Assembly (NCBI GenBank): GCA_964406785.1
Contig: CAYOTE010000001.1
Coordinates: 1-41,594, forward strand
DNA: 41,594 bases
Reading direction: 5' to 3'
From: an uncultured Clostridia bacterium
GTDB taxonomy: Bacteria; Acidobacteriota; Aminicenantia; UBA2199
Shown: positions 1 through 10,355 of the stretch, in pieces
Layout of the letters: every line of letters starts with the position of its first letter
Position numbering within the stretch: position 1 is the stretch's first letter
Made by a program: the position numbers and the translations under genes
The notes under the pieces: generated by a model
Databases searched by the model: none
What the model saw: the letters and a program-made list of their open reading frames with translations, nothing else
Told to the model about the DNA's origin: nothing

Positions 1-22
1 TTTCTTGTTATTTTAATTTTAT

Positions 23-51
23 TTGTTTATATAGGATATAAATTATATAAT
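23..51 (+). promoter_or_regulatory. candidate sigma70-type promoter upstream of the first ABC ATPase gene
   Basis: TTGTTT (23-28), 17-nt spacer, TATAAT (46-51), about 27 nt before ATG 78. The AT-rich background makes a chance match plausible. Confidence 0.25.
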
Positions 52-77
52 AACAAAATTTCTTATAGGAAATATAA

Positions 78-965
78 ATGAAAATATTAGAATTAAAAAA
101 CGTAAAAAAGAGTTATTTCAATTTTGATCTGGATATAAATTTTCATCTTAACAAGGGTGAAACAATAGGATTTGTAGGACAGAATGGAGCGGGAAAGACC
201 ACAACAATAGATATTATACTTAATACGGTAAAAAAGGATTCAGGAGAAGTTTTGGTTTTTGGTAATGATCATATTAAAAAAGAGAGCCAAATTAAAGAAT
301 TAATGGGAATAGTATTGGAGGAACATAATTTTTATAAAGACTTTAAAATAAATTATTTATTGAAGTTTGCCTCTGAAATTTATCCAAATTGGGATTATGA
401 ATATTCAAAATATTTAAGAAAAAAACTAAACTTAGTTGACAACAAAAAATTTAAAGATTTATCTAAAGGTATGAAAGTTAAATTATCGCTTATCATTGCC
501 TTATCTCATAATGCAGAACTTCTATTATTTGATGAGCCGACATCGGGATTGGATCCTAAAGTGAGAAATAATATTTTGGAAGAGATAGAAATAATTAAAA
601 AGAAAAATAATCCGACAATATTATTTTCATCACATAATATGTTAGATGTTGAAAGATTAGCAGATAGAATAATAATGTTAGATAAAGGAAAGATTATATT
701 TAATGAGACAAAAAAAAGTTTATTAAATAATTGGAAGAAAATAGAATTTCAGGATAAAAATATTTTAAATTTTATTGATAAAAATAATTTTCTCTATACT
801 AAGTCAAAAAAAGAAAACTATTACAGTATTGTTGTTTCTAATTATAATCAGGAAATAGAAAAAGAATTAAAAAAATATACTATTAAAAACATGTCCATAA
901 CAAAATTATCTCTTGAAGAAATCTTTTTAGAATACTTGAATAATAAAAATGAAAATTACAAATAA
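78..965 (+). CDS. ABC transporter ATP-binding protein (ABC-2 type, paralog 1)
   Basis: Walker A GQNGAGKTT, signature-like LSKGMKVKL, Walker B LLLFDEPTSGLD and an H-loop SSH. A ~80 aa C-terminal extension contains NNWKK. AGGA lies 8 nt before the ATG. Confidence 0.85.
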   Translation: MKILELKNVKKSYFNFDLDINFHLNKGETIGFVGQNGAGKTTTIDIILNTVKKDSGEVLVFGNDHIKKESQIKELMGIVLEEHNFYKDFKINYLLKFASEIYPNWDYEYSKYLRKKLNLVDNKKFKDLSKGMKVKLSLIIALSHNAELLLFDEPTSGLDPKVRNNILEEIEIIKKKNNPTILFSSHNMLDVERLADRIIMLDKGKIIFNETKKSLLNNWKKIEFQDKNILNFIDKNNFLYTKSKKENYYSIVVSNYNQEIEKELKKYTIKNMSITKLSLEEIFLEYLNNKNENYK

Positions 966-1092
966 ATTTAATAATATAAAGACTACATTCAAAATTATAT
1001 ATGAAATTATTGCTATTAGGAAATACTGGCATTACCGGCAGCTTATATGAGCATGAGCGAAAACTGTAATTATATAAGTAATTTGTGAAAAA

Positions 1093-1127
1093 ACCACAAT
1101 CTCTTTTGATATAAAAGAGATTGTGGT
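1093..1127 (-). terminator. perfect 15-bp stem / 5-nt loop hairpin; the U-tract is present only on the minus strand
   Basis: ACCACAATCTCTTTT-GATAT-AAAAGAGATTGTGGT. On the minus strand the hairpin is followed by TTTTTCAC; on the plus strand it is followed by ACAATAAAAT, with no U-run. Confidence 0.3.
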
Positions 1128-1140
1128 ACAATAAAATAGC

Positions 1141-1875
1141 ATGAAAAATTTACTTACACTAAAAGCATTATTCTTTTTTGATTTAAAACTTTTGCGAAGA
1201 ATTTTTATCGAATTTTTTATTCTTATCGGTATTATGCAACTATTTTTTTTCTTTTCTTATACGGATGATAAGCTTTATATGCTATTACCAATTGTTACAA
1301 TGTATATTTTATTTATTTTTCTTATAGTGTCATGTATTATGTACTTAAATAATGAACGAGAAAAAGGACATATAATTAAAGTTTATAAGTGCTTACCACT
1401 TAACGATTATGATATTTATTTATCTTATATAATAACCCCTTTTATATCTTTTATGTTTATATATATTCCTTGCTCATTATTATTATTTTTTTTTAAGGAT
1501 AAAATTTCTAATTTGCTAATTCCGATAAAAATGTCATTTCATCATTTTTTTTTATTAACAAACATCTTACTTCCGTTAATTATTATTTTTGTTTTATTTT
1601 TATTTATAAATGTTTCTTTATTATTAAAACACAGAACAAAAAAGAATTTAAAATATGTATATTTTATCATTTTATTTTTATTTATTTATGGTAAAAATAT
1701 TATAAATACAAATTCGAATTTTGGAAAAAGGATTGTATTTCTAAAACAATTCTTATTAACAAAAGAGTCCTTGCCTTATTTATATATAACATCTTTTCTT
1801 ATTTTATCGTTAATAATTATACAGGTAATTTTTGGCATGAAAAAATTTAAAAAAATAATTTATGAAGAATTATGA
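1141..1875 (+). CDS. polytopic membrane protein, ABC-2 family permease-like
   Basis: About 6 hydrophobic segments rich in Phe, Ile and Leu. The loop motif EREKGHIIKVYKCLPLNDYDIYLSYI resembles the (E/D)KxG...LP(V/I/L) motif I recall from ABC-2 membrane proteins. The gene lies between two ABC ATPase genes. Confidence 0.5.
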   Translation: MKNLLTLKALFFFDLKLLRRIFIEFFILIGIMQLFFFFSYTDDKLYMLLPIVTMYILFIFLIVSCIMYLNNEREKGHIIKVYKCLPLNDYDIYLSYIITPFISFMFIYIPCSLLLFFFKDKISNLLIPIKMSFHHFFLLTNILLPLIIIFVLFLFINVSLLLKHRTKKNLKYVYFIILFLFIYGKNIINTNSNFGKRIVFLKQFLLTKESLPYLYITSFLILSLIIIQVIFGMKKFKKIIYEEL

Positions 1876-2558
1876 ATCGTAATAAATTTATAAAAAGCAT
1901 AAATATCATATTACATCTAATAAAACTTGATATATCGTATAAATATGATTTTATTAAAAATTTATTAATATTGTTTGTTGTATTAAATACTTGTTTATAT
2001 TTTTTATTAGAAAACACAAAGCTAATTTCTAATTCAAATATTTTTATATTATTGTGTAGCTCATTGAGTTTTTATTTTGTGTATTATTTATGGCAAAATA
2101 TTTTTAAAACAAGAAATATGAATGACTTTAACAAGAGGCTAAAAACACTTCCAATTAACAGCAACTATAATTATTTTTCGCTTTTAATACTTCTTTATTT
2201 GGATGTTTTGGTTTTTTATTTTATTTCGATTTTATTATATTTAATATTTTTTAAGGGAGACTTTTTTGTATTTTTTATCAATTTTTCCAAACAAGAAATG
2301 ATAGTTGTTATTTTAATTACATTGATTTTTATAATAATGATAAATAAACTTGAAATATTAATGAAAATTATTGTTGGTTTACTAATAATTGCTTTTTTTA
2401 TTTATGCTCAAGATTTATCAATAAAAGATTTTGTTAACTTAGCTGATATTATGAAAATGCTTAATATATATATTACTGTTAGTGGCTTTGTTATTACAAT
2501 TATTTTGGCAATTGCCGGTGCTTTGATATACAGAAAAAGACATTATAGAGAGGTATAG
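1872..2558 (+). CDS. polytopic membrane protein, second ABC-2 permease-like subunit
   Basis: ATGA start/stop overlap with the upstream gene. Multiple hydrophobic helices and an LKTLPINSNYNYFSLL motif analogous to the neighbouring protein. The next ATPase gene starts directly after the TAG stop. Confidence 0.5.
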   Translation: MNRNKFIKSINIILHLIKLDISYKYDFIKNLLILFVVLNTCLYFLLENTKLISNSNIFILLCSSLSFYFVYYLWQNIFKTRNMNDFNKRLKTLPINSNYNYFSLLILLYLDVLVFYFISILLYLIFFKGDFFVFFINFSKQEMIVVILITLIFIIMINKLEILMKIIVGLLIIAFFIYAQDLSIKDFVNLADIMKMLNIYITVSGFVITIILAIAGALIYRKRHYREV

Positions 2559-3458
2559 ATGAATGTATTAGAGATAACTGCTCTTAAAAAGAAGTATGAA
2601 AATTTTCAACTGGATATTAGCTTTAATATCAAAGAGGGAGAATTTGTTGCCCTGATAGGACCTAACGGGACAGGTAAATCAACTACAATCGGAACAATTT
2701 TAAATATGGTTGAAAAAGATTCGGGAGATATTCGGATTTTTGAAAAAGATCATATTAAATATGAGGCTGAGATTAAAGAGAAAATGGGAATAATTCTTGA
2801 AGAACAGTATTTTTACAGAGATATTAAAATTAATTCCATTATTAAGTTTTACTCTAAATTCTATCCAAAATGGAATTGGGAAAAGATTAGCGAACTCAGA
2901 GAAAAATTCGACCTTAAAGATAATAAAAAATTCAGGGAACTTTCAAAAGGAATGAAGGTAAAACTATCCTTTATTATAGCACTTGCAACAGGTGCGTCCT
3001 TTTACCTCTTTGACGAGCCTACTTCGGGACTTGATCCTGCGGTCAGGGATTTATTATTAACAGAAATTCAGGCATTAAAAAAAGACAGAAAGATAAGTTT
3101 TCTCTTCACCTCGCATATTATGGCAGATATTGAATATTTTTCGGATCGTGTCGTTTTTATAAATAAGGGTAGTATTATTTTTGATGAATCCATGGAAGCG
3201 TTAAAGAATAATTGGAAAAAACTATTATTCAAATCATCTAAAAATATAGATTTCAGTTCAATAAAAGAAAGTCTGTTTAAAATAAAAAAGACAGATGATA
3301 TTTATAATATTATTATAAAAAAAGACTCGGTTCCTATTGAAGAAAAAATAAAACTTCAAACCGGAGAAGCCGTTAAATCTGAAAATTTAAGTCTTAATGA
3401 GTTATTTATCGAAATTGTAAACGATAAAAACAAAAATCAATCAAAGGAGTTATTATGA
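2559..3458 (+). CDS. ABC transporter ATP-binding protein (ABC-2 type, paralog 2)
   Basis: Walker A GPNGTGKST, LSKGMKVKL, Walker B YLFDEPTSGLD. Collinear with the 78-965 product at roughly half identical residues by eye, including the C-terminal NNWKK motif. Confidence 0.85.
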   Translation: MNVLEITALKKKYENFQLDISFNIKEGEFVALIGPNGTGKSTTIGTILNMVEKDSGDIRIFEKDHIKYEAEIKEKMGIILEEQYFYRDIKINSIIKFYSKFYPKWNWEKISELREKFDLKDNKKFRELSKGMKVKLSFIIALATGASFYLFDEPTSGLDPAVRDLLLTEIQALKKDRKISFLFTSHIMADIEYFSDRVVFINKGSIIFDESMEALKNNWKKLLFKSSKNIDFSSIKESLFKIKKTDDIYNIIIKKDSVPIEEKIKLQTGEAVKSENLSLNELFIEIVNDKNKNQSKELL

Positions 3459-4474
3459 AAAAGTTTATTATATTATTAAGTTGTATATTTATTTTATTTG
3501 ATTTTTCATTTGGTAATAAGTCAATCGTTTTAAAAGAGTTAATGAAGCCATCTGCTATTTATGTTGATAATGAAAGGCTCTATGTAAGTGAAGGTACTTC
3601 CATATATATCTATTCTCTAAAAAACTATAGCTTAATAAATAAATTTGGTAAAGAGGGTGAGGGACCGGATGAATTTAAAATGAAGATAGGAAAAATAGTA
3701 TTAACAAATAATGAACTTATTATAAATAGCGTTGGTAAGCTATCCTATTATAATAAAAACGGAAAATTAATTACATCGGTTAAAACAGGAATTATACCTC
3801 CTCGATTTAATTTTTTCCCAATAAAAAACAAGTTTGTCGGTGTTGGCATGGATTTTAATAAGTCAAATTCTCATTTTTGTATAAGTCTGTTTGATCAAGA
3901 GTTTAATAAACAAAAAGAACTATTTAAAGTGCAGCAAACTAAAAACGGTAAAATGTTTGTTTTTGCTCCACAAATTGCAATGAACAGTTATTTTGTCTAT
4001 GAAAACAAAATATACATATTAAGTAAAAATAACTCCAAAATAAATATTTTAAATTATAAAGGCGATAAGCTTAACAGTTTCAAACATGGTTTTAAAAAAA
4101 CAAAATTTAAGAAAAAAGAAAAGCAAATTTTTCTAAAATTATTAAATAAGAGTATTAAATCTATGAAAAAATCATCATTTAATATAAAAGATAATATTAT
4201 AATTCCCGAATATCATCCTGAAATTATAAGTTTGAAAATATCAAATAAAATGATTTATATATTAGGAAGAAAAAGAAATAAAAAAAATGGAAAATTACAA
4301 TCGATTATAAGAGTTTTTAATCTTGAAGGGGAAAAAATACTTGAAAAGAATATTAATCTAAACTTTTTTGATAATACAGAAACAGTACTCACAACATTTG
4401 GCAATTTTATTTTTTACAAACTAAAGGAAAATGAAAACGAAGAATGGATATTGTCTCTCAAGCATTTAAAATGA
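3455..4474 (+). CDS. secreted 6-bladed beta-propeller protein (TolB-like / BF3164-like family)
   Basis: N-terminal signal peptide MKKFIILLSCIFILFDFSFG. The FGKEGEGPDEF motif is typical of this propeller family. ATGA overlap with the upstream ATPase gene; SD AAGGAG. Confidence 0.5.
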   Translation: MKKFIILLSCIFILFDFSFGNKSIVLKELMKPSAIYVDNERLYVSEGTSIYIYSLKNYSLINKFGKEGEGPDEFKMKIGKIVLTNNELIINSVGKLSYYNKNGKLITSVKTGIIPPRFNFFPIKNKFVGVGMDFNKSNSHFCISLFDQEFNKQKELFKVQQTKNGKMFVFAPQIAMNSYFVYENKIYILSKNNSKINILNYKGDKLNSFKHGFKKTKFKKKEKQIFLKLLNKSIKSMKKSSFNIKDNIIIPEYHPEIISLKISNKMIYILGRKRNKKNGKLQSIIRVFNLEGEKILEKNINLNFFDNTETVLTTFGNFIFYKLKENENEEWILSLKHLK

Positions 4475-4677
4475 ATAAAAATGATAAAGATTATTTTAAT
4501 ACTAATTTTATGCTTAATAAATTTATTCGTTTATTTTTAAAGTTTAGCATACACCACTCCTTTTACTCAAAACACAACTTTTGAGTATAGCTCAACAGCG
4601 TACTCTTTTAAATTTTAGGTTCAATATTTTTGCTTATTTATTTTTTTATATGTATAATTCTAACCGAAGAGGATAAA

Positions 4678-7398
4678 ATGGTTAAAATTAAATATTATGT
4701 TTTAGTTGTTTTTTTATTGGTTTTTCAAGTCAGAATGTTTTCAAATATTGATTTAGTGAAATTAAAGACAAATATTGAGAACAGTAAAAATTTACTTAGC
4801 CAAACTCCCGTTACCTTTATTATGAATAAGGGGCAGGTTGACGGTCAGGTAAAATTTTATGTAAGAAATAATAATTCGACATTATGGATAAAAAAAGACG
4901 GATTTGTTTTTGATACAATAAGCACATCTATTGGTAAAAGAACGGTTATATATATGACTTTTCTTAATATAAATAAGAAAGTGTCTTTTATTAAGGGTAA
5001 AAGATTAAATGGTCAAAGAAATTATTTTAAGGGAAATGATAAGAAAAAATGGGTAAAAAACATATCAGGCTTTGACAGTATTATCTATAAAAATTTATAT
5101 AGGGGAATAGACCTTAAAATATACGGTACAAGAGATGGAAAAATTGAGTATGATTGGATTTTATCTCCAATGGCAAAGCTTAATGATATTAGAATAAAAA
5201 TAGACGGTTTAAAAGATACATCAACAGTTAAAAACGGAGTATTAAGTTTAAAACATATCCTCGGAGTATATAGGCATAAGGTCTTATCCGCATATCAAAT
5301 TATTAAGGGTAAAAAGAAGATTATTAAAGCGGGTTTCTATAATATAAACAAAAATATATACGGTATATCAGTTGAAAAGTATAATAAAAACCATAGCTTA
5401 ATAATTGACCCTGTAATTGAGCAAAAATATTCTACATATTTAGGCGGGAACGAATTTGACTCAATAAAGTCTATTGCAGTTGATAGTAGTGGATATGTCT
5501 ATGTTACAGGTATTACCGGTAGCAGTAATTTTCCCACGACATCGGGTGTTTACGATACATCAAGGGGAGATGGCGAGTATGATATATTTGTTTCAAAATT
5601 TTCAAAAAGTGCAAACTCCTTAATATTTTCAACCTTTATAGGAGGATGTTGCAGGGATTATGCAAGCGGTATTGCAATTGACGTAAGCGGTTACGTATAT
5701 ATAACGGGCTATACGGAAAGTAGAGATTTCCCGGTAACAGATTCCTATCAAAAGATATACGGAGGCGGTAAGACCGATGTTATAGTTGTTAAACTTGATA
5801 AAGACGGTTCAAGTTTGAAATATTCAACCTTTATTGGTGGATGTGATGATGATTACGGAATGGGAATTGCAACAGACAGTAACTCTGATTTTTGCTCCGA
5901 TAACGAGGGTAATGCTTATATCACAGGCTATACCAATGGTACGGATTTCCCCGTTTCAGAGACAACTTATCAAAAGAGTTCGGGCGGAGGAATTGACGCA
6001 TTTGTTACAAAATTATCGGATGACGGTAGTGACTTAACGTATTCAACATATCTTGGAGGCACATTGGACGATTACGGTAAGGCTATTGCCGTTGATTGTT
6101 GTAAGGAGGCAAGCGTAACGGGCAATACTTACAGCAATGATTTTCCCACCTCAAGTGCATTTCAAAAGAGTTCGGGCGGTGATTCGGATGTATATTTAAC
6201 AAAGTTTTCCTCTGACGGTGATACCTTAAAATATTCAACATACCTTGGAGGAACCGGCAGTGAAAAAGTCTCGACTGTATCAATGTGTATGAATTGTTGT
6301 GGATATACGTATATCGCAGGGCAAACAAGCAGTACGGATTTTCCGACACAATCTCCCTATCAGAGCAGTTATGCCGGTGGATATTCGGATGGTTTTATTG
6401 CAATGTTTACTAAGACCGGAAGTTTAAGTTATTCCACTTATTTTGGTGGGAAGGGGCGAGATGTAATAAAAGGTTTGTCTTTGGATAGCAGTAGAAATAT
6501 TTTTATTACAGGAAATACGGACAGTGATGATATTCCGACACTAAATGCCTGTCAAAACGATTTAATAAACTCAAAAAACGATATTTTTGTATCAATGCTA
6601 TCGCAATCCGGTGCAAATTTACTTTTTTCGTCATATTACGGCGGTAGCGGTCATGATATTTCTTATGGTATTTCGGTTGGATGTTGCGGAGGTATCTATA
6701 TTGGCGGTGAGACGGATAGTACGGACTTTCCTCTAAAAAATTCCTATCAAAATAAATATAAGGGAGGCAGTAAGGACGGATTTATCACAAAATTTTATTA
6801 TTTACCCGAAGACAGTATAACCCTTACCTATCCCAATGGTAATGAATTGCTTGAACGAGGTAACTCTTACAGTATTACATGGGATTATCTTGCATTGAAC
6901 AGGGACTTAACAATTGAACTATACTATGACGGAGTTTTTCATTCAACAATAGCCAAGACAAATATAGACGGTAAGTCATACTCATGGCAAATCCCTAATT
7001 CCTTAAAGGTTGATAATAAGTATCAAATCAGGCTATATTCAGGGGCTGTTGAAGATTTTTCAGATATAAGTTTCAGTATTATCGACACAAGACCGACTGT
7101 ATCAATTGAGGCAGTAAGAAAAAGAGAATATTTCTGGATTGTGGAAAAAGAATATGCCGAGTTAAAAATCAATGTTGAAAATGCAAGTTCGGCGTTGATT
7201 GCAAAATATCATATATATCGTAAGGAGATTAGTTCTACCTATGAGGTAATAAAAAAACTGACAAAGAGTGAGTTAGAGTATGGAGATTTTGTCTATAAGG
7301 ATAAATATATAGATAAGGATAAGACGTATAAATATAAGATAATTGCGTATGATTCGGATAATAATCAAATAGGCGTGTCAAATGAAATTTCAATTTAG
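4678..7398 (+). CDS. large secreted SBBP (beta-propeller) repeat protein with C-terminal Ig-like/Fn3-like domains
   Basis: Seven tandem ~65-aa repeats of the form YSTYLGG...D..G..YxTG.T.S.DFP (nt ~5428-6803). Signal peptide MVKIKYYVLVVFLLVFQVRMFS. Start moved from TTG 4630 to ATG 4678, which is preceded by GAGGAT. The C-terminal ITLTYPNG...YSITW segment resembles Kre9/KNH-like Ig domains. Confidence 0.7.
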   Translation: MVKIKYYVLVVFLLVFQVRMFSNIDLVKLKTNIENSKNLLSQTPVTFIMNKGQVDGQVKFYVRNNNSTLWIKKDGFVFDTISTSIGKRTVIYMTFLNINKKVSFIKGKRLNGQRNYFKGNDKKKWVKNISGFDSIIYKNLYRGIDLKIYGTRDGKIEYDWILSPMAKLNDIRIKIDGLKDTSTVKNGVLSLKHILGVYRHKVLSAYQIIKGKKKIIKAGFYNINKNIYGISVEKYNKNHSLIIDPVIEQKYSTYLGGNEFDSIKSIAVDSSGYVYVTGITGSSNFPTTSGVYDTSRGDGEYDIFVSKFSKSANSLIFSTFIGGCCRDYASGIAIDVSGYVYITGYTESRDFPVTDSYQKIYGGGKTDVIVVKLDKDGSSLKYSTFIGGCDDDYGMGIATDSNSDFCSDNEGNAYITGYTNGTDFPVSETTYQKSSGGGIDAFVTKLSDDGSDLTYSTYLGGTLDDYGKAIAVDCCKEASVTGNTYSNDFPTSSAFQKSSGGDSDVYLTKFSSDGDTLKYSTYLGGTGSEKVSTVSMCMNCCGYTYIAGQTSSTDFPTQSPYQSSYAGGYSDGFIAMFTKTGSLSYSTYFGGKGRDVIKGLSLDSSRNIFITGNTDSDDIPTLNACQNDLINSKNDIFVSMLSQSGANLLFSSYYGGSGHDISYGISVGCCGGIYIGGETDSTDFPLKNSYQNKYKGGSKDGFITKFYYLPEDSITLTYPNGNELLERGNSYSITWDYLALNRDLTIELYYDGVFHSTIAKTNIDGKSYSWQIPNSLKVDNKYQIRLYSGAVEDFSDISFSIIDTRPTVSIEAVRKREYFWIVEKEYAELKINVENASSALIAKYHIYRKEISSTYEVIKKLTKSELEYGDFVYKDKYIDKDKTYKYKIIAYDSDNNQIGVSNEISI

Positions 7399-7407
7399 AG
7401 GCTTTAA

Positions 7408-7983
7408 ATGAAAAAAATCATTTCAATAATAATTGTATTATGTTTATACTCGACGGGAATTTTATTTTCTGAAAAATATATTTGGACAAATCTTTCGGTA
7501 AATATCTTCTCACATCATGATGTAAAATATAAAGATATATACGGAGATTTCATTCTTGCACCCGAAATTAAATTCAATATGTCTTTCTTTTCGGATATGT
7601 ATGTATGGACAAGTGTCCTTTATATTCCTGTGTCTTGGGAATCGGAAGAGTATAATATTACTGCCAAATCAAAGCAATTATTTTTATCGGTGGGACTTGG
7701 TGATTATATGACATTTTCGGAAAAACTTCGAGGAAATTTCGAGATAGGTATAATATATATGACATTTAGCGAGCAGGTTGATGTTGATACGGAAAAGGGC
7801 TCTGATATAGGCTTTAGGCTAAACACGGGATTAACTTATAGATACTCAAATTATATAAATTTTTTTACCATGATATCTTATATAAAGGGTACATCTTCAG
7901 TTGGAATAAAAGAGATAAAACTCGGCGGGCTTAAGCTGTCGGCAGGAGTAGAAATAATACTTTTAAATAAAAAAGAGGAATAA
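7408..7983 (+). CDS. small secreted protein, probable outer-membrane beta-barrel
   Basis: Signal peptide MKKIISIIIVLCLYSTGILFS, then alternating hydrophobic/aromatic beta-strand-like pattern (GFRLNTGLTYRY, LKLSAGVEI). No family recognised. Confidence 0.4.
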   Translation: MKKIISIIIVLCLYSTGILFSEKYIWTNLSVNIFSHHDVKYKDIYGDFILAPEIKFNMSFFSDMYVWTSVLYIPVSWESEEYNITAKSKQLFLSVGLGDYMTFSEKLRGNFEIGIIYMTFSEQVDVDTEKGSDIGFRLNTGLTYRYSNYINFFTMISYIKGTSSVGIKEIKLGGLKLSAGVEIILLNKKEE

Positions 7984-8432
7984 ATCATAATTATTCAACC
8001 CTCAAAAATAGATTTGATTTAAAGAATATTTCATATTTTACCAACCAAATTAGATAATTACCGCACACTCAAGTACATTGAGCTCAATTAGAACATAACA
8101 GATAATTGGTTTGACGATTTTAAAAAATTGATAACAAGGAAAGAATTCCTTAAAAATAAAATTTTTTTTTCTTTCATTATTTTCCAATTAGGAGTCGCTT
8201 TTAATCTATTCATAAGTATTCTTTTGAGTAAACCCCCAAAATTCGGGCATTTTTACATATTTAGAGATATGCACATCTTTATTATTTATTTGTACAATGC
8301 CGTGCTTGTAGCAAAGAAAGGGTAAATTCAAGAAATAGGGTTTAGCAGAACGTTGCATTGCCAGAATCACTTAAGTTTAGTATAATTAAGTTTTGAAAAT
8401 AACGAAATTTGTTTATTTAAGAGAGGATATGT

Positions 8433-10355
8433 ATGTCTGTAAAAAAAAACAATAATAACAAACAGCTTGCCGATGAGTTTACCTTATCCGATAGTTTTCC
8501 CATCCCAACTTATGAAGATTGGAAAATCGCAGCGGAGAAGTTACTTAGAGGGCAGTCTTTTGATAAAAAATTAATAACAAAGACCTATGAAGGAATAAAT
8601 CTTAAACCAATTTATACGAGAGAAGATATTAATGGTCTTAGTTTTATCAATTCAATACCCGGTAAAGATAATTTTTTAAGAGGTACAAAGCCGGATGGTT
8701 TTCTTAGTGAGGCTTGGAATATTTGCCAAACAATTAATGCCGACTCATTAGAAGAATTTAACTCTAATTTAAGATACGCTTTAAAGCGTGGACAAACTGC
8801 AATTCATATAGATATCAAATTATTAAATATTAACGATGTCAATGATATGGCTATAATTTTAAATGAGATAGATATTACTAAATTTGCAATTTATATTAGG
8901 GATGATTATTCCCCGTTAAAGGCAGTGAATTTATTATTGGATTATGCTACCAAAAAAAGTATAAATACGAAAAATATAAGAGGCGGAATTATTGCAAGTC
9001 CGATAGAGTATCTTTCAGAAAAAGGGGCTCTACAATCTGATATTGAAAGCATCTATGACGATATGGCTCAGACAATGCAACTTGCAACAGAACATTTTGA
9101 AGAATTTAGAGTTTTAACTATTCGTGGTGATGTGTTTCATAACGCAGGTGCAAATTCTATAACGGAGCTTGCGGTATCTCTATCAATTGCGGTCGAATAT
9201 ATCCAAGCAATGATAAAAAGAGATATAAAGATTAATGAGGTTGCAAAGCATATTTCGCTTTCCACGGGCATCGGCTCCAACTTCTTTATGGAGATTGCAA
9301 AATTGAGAGCCTTAAGAGTGCTCTTTAAAAATATAATAGAGGCATTTGGCGGAGAAGGTGATGCATTAAAGGCTCATATTCATGCAAATACTTCAATCTT
9401 TAATAAGACGAAACTTGACCCTTTCGTCAATACACTCAGGACAACAACTGAGACTTTCTCGGCAATTCTCGGAAGTGCAGATACCATAACAACTGCACCA
9501 TACGATACGCTTGAGAAGGATAATGACAAGCTGTCAACGAGAATTGCAAGAAATATTCAAATTATCCTCAAAGAAGAGTCAAACTTAAAGAGGCTAATTG
9601 ATCCTGCCGGTGGTTCGTATTATATTGAGACTTTGACAAAGAATATAATGGAGCAATCATGGAAGGAATTTCAAAATATTGAAGAAAACGAAGGCATTTT
9701 AGAATGTTTAAAGTCCAACTATATTCAAAGCGTAATTGATGATACCGTGGCTTTGAGAAAAAAAGATTTATTCAAGAGAAAATCGGTAATAGTCGGTACA
9801 AATATGTTTGTAAACCTCGAAGATAAAATCTCCAATAACGATAAAGATGAAAATATTTCTGATAAAAATCTTCCTCTTACAATAAAAAAACTAAATTTTG
9901 CAAGACTTGCCGAGCCCTTTGAAGATATAAGAAAATCGGTATCCGTATATGAAGAAAAGACAGGAAAGCGACCCTCTATATATTTGGCAAATTTTGGGGC
10001 AGTAAAACAGTATAAGGGAAGAGCCGATTTTTCAAGAGGATATTTCGATGTTGGAGGCTTTGATATAATATATCCGAAGGGTATTAACAATATTGAAGAG
10101 CTAATTACAAACACTGTACGGTCCCAATCAAATATTATTATTATCTGCTCTGACGATAAGTCATATCCTGAGTTAATTGCAAACTTCACGCCTGCATTAA
10201 AAGAGCAAATGCCGAATGTATTCGTTATTCTCGCAGGCTTTCCGGGAGATAATGAAGCAACTTACAGGGCAAACGGTGTTGATGATTTTATTTATATGGG
10301 TTCAAATATTTTCAATACCTTAGAAACCTTATTAAAGAAAGCGGGAGTTAGATAA
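8433..10355 (+). CDS. mutA: methylmalonyl-CoA mutase small (beta) subunit
   Basis: 640 aa and collinear with the MCM fold ([10 protein letters not shown]..., [28 protein letters not shown]). It lacks the DxHxxG cobalamin ligand motif, as beta subunits do. TAATG overlap with mutB. Confidence 0.8.
   Translation: MSVKKNNNNKQLADEFTLSDSFPIPTYEDWKIAAEKLLRGQSFDKKLITKTYEGINLKPIYTREDINGLSFINSIPGKDNFLRGTKPDGFLSEAWNICQTINADSLEEFNSNLRYALKRGQTAIHIDIKLLNINDVNDMAIILNEIDITKFAIYIRDDYSPLKAVNLLLDYATKKSINTKNIRGGIIASPIEYLSEKGALQSDIESIYDDMAQTMQLATEHFEEFRVLTIRGDVFHNAGANSITELAVSLSIAVEYIQAMIKRDIKINEVAKHISLSTGIGSNFFMEIAKLRALRVLFKNIIEAFGGEGDALKAHIHANTSIFNKTKLDPFVNTLRTTTETFSAILGSADTITTAPYDTLEKDNDKLSTRIARNIQIILKEESNLKRLIDPAGGSYYIETLTKNIMEQSWKEFQNIEENEGILECLKSNYIQSVIDDTVALRKKDLFKRKSVIVGTNMFVNLEDKISNNDKDENISDKNLPLTIKKLNFARLAEPFEDIRKSVSVYEEKTGKRPSIYLANFGAVKQYKGRADFSRGYFDVGGFDIIYPKGINNIEELITNTVRSQSNIIIICSDDKSYPELIANFTPALKEQMPNVFVILAGFPGDNEATYRANGVDDFIYMGSNIFNTLETLLKKAGVR

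Noticed and set aside
883-1131. 82-aa minus-strand ORF spanning the end of the first ABC gene and the intergenic hairpin
   Set aside because: It is antisense to a well-supported CDS, has no RBS, has low-complexity composition, and runs through the palindromic hairpin.
4630-4677. Upstream extensions of three ORF-track genes (TTG 4630, ATG 24687, ATG 34119)
   Set aside because: In each case an internal ATG is preceded by a good SD and starts a proper signal peptide or avoids lying inside the upstream gene. The starts were reassigned to 4678, 24663 and 34221.
5834-6349. Two ORFs (5834-6037 plus strand, 6083-6349 minus strand) inside the SBBP gene
   Set aside because: They are alternative-frame or antisense ORFs within a CDS whose own frame shows a clear 7-fold protein repeat. 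They have no independent signals.
8128-8325. 65-aa TTG-start ORF in the mutA upstream region, and a ~50-aa minus-strand ORF I read by eye at about 8200-8360
   Set aside because: Neither has a Shine-Dalgarno sequence or a recognisable family. The region is more likely leader, promoter or decayed sequence, so it is flagged only as a long leader.
7984-8432. Cobalamin riboswitch upstream of the B12-dependent mutase
   Set aside because: I could not find a B12-box-like consensus or the expected GC-rich helices by eye. A covariance-model scan would be needed to rule it out.
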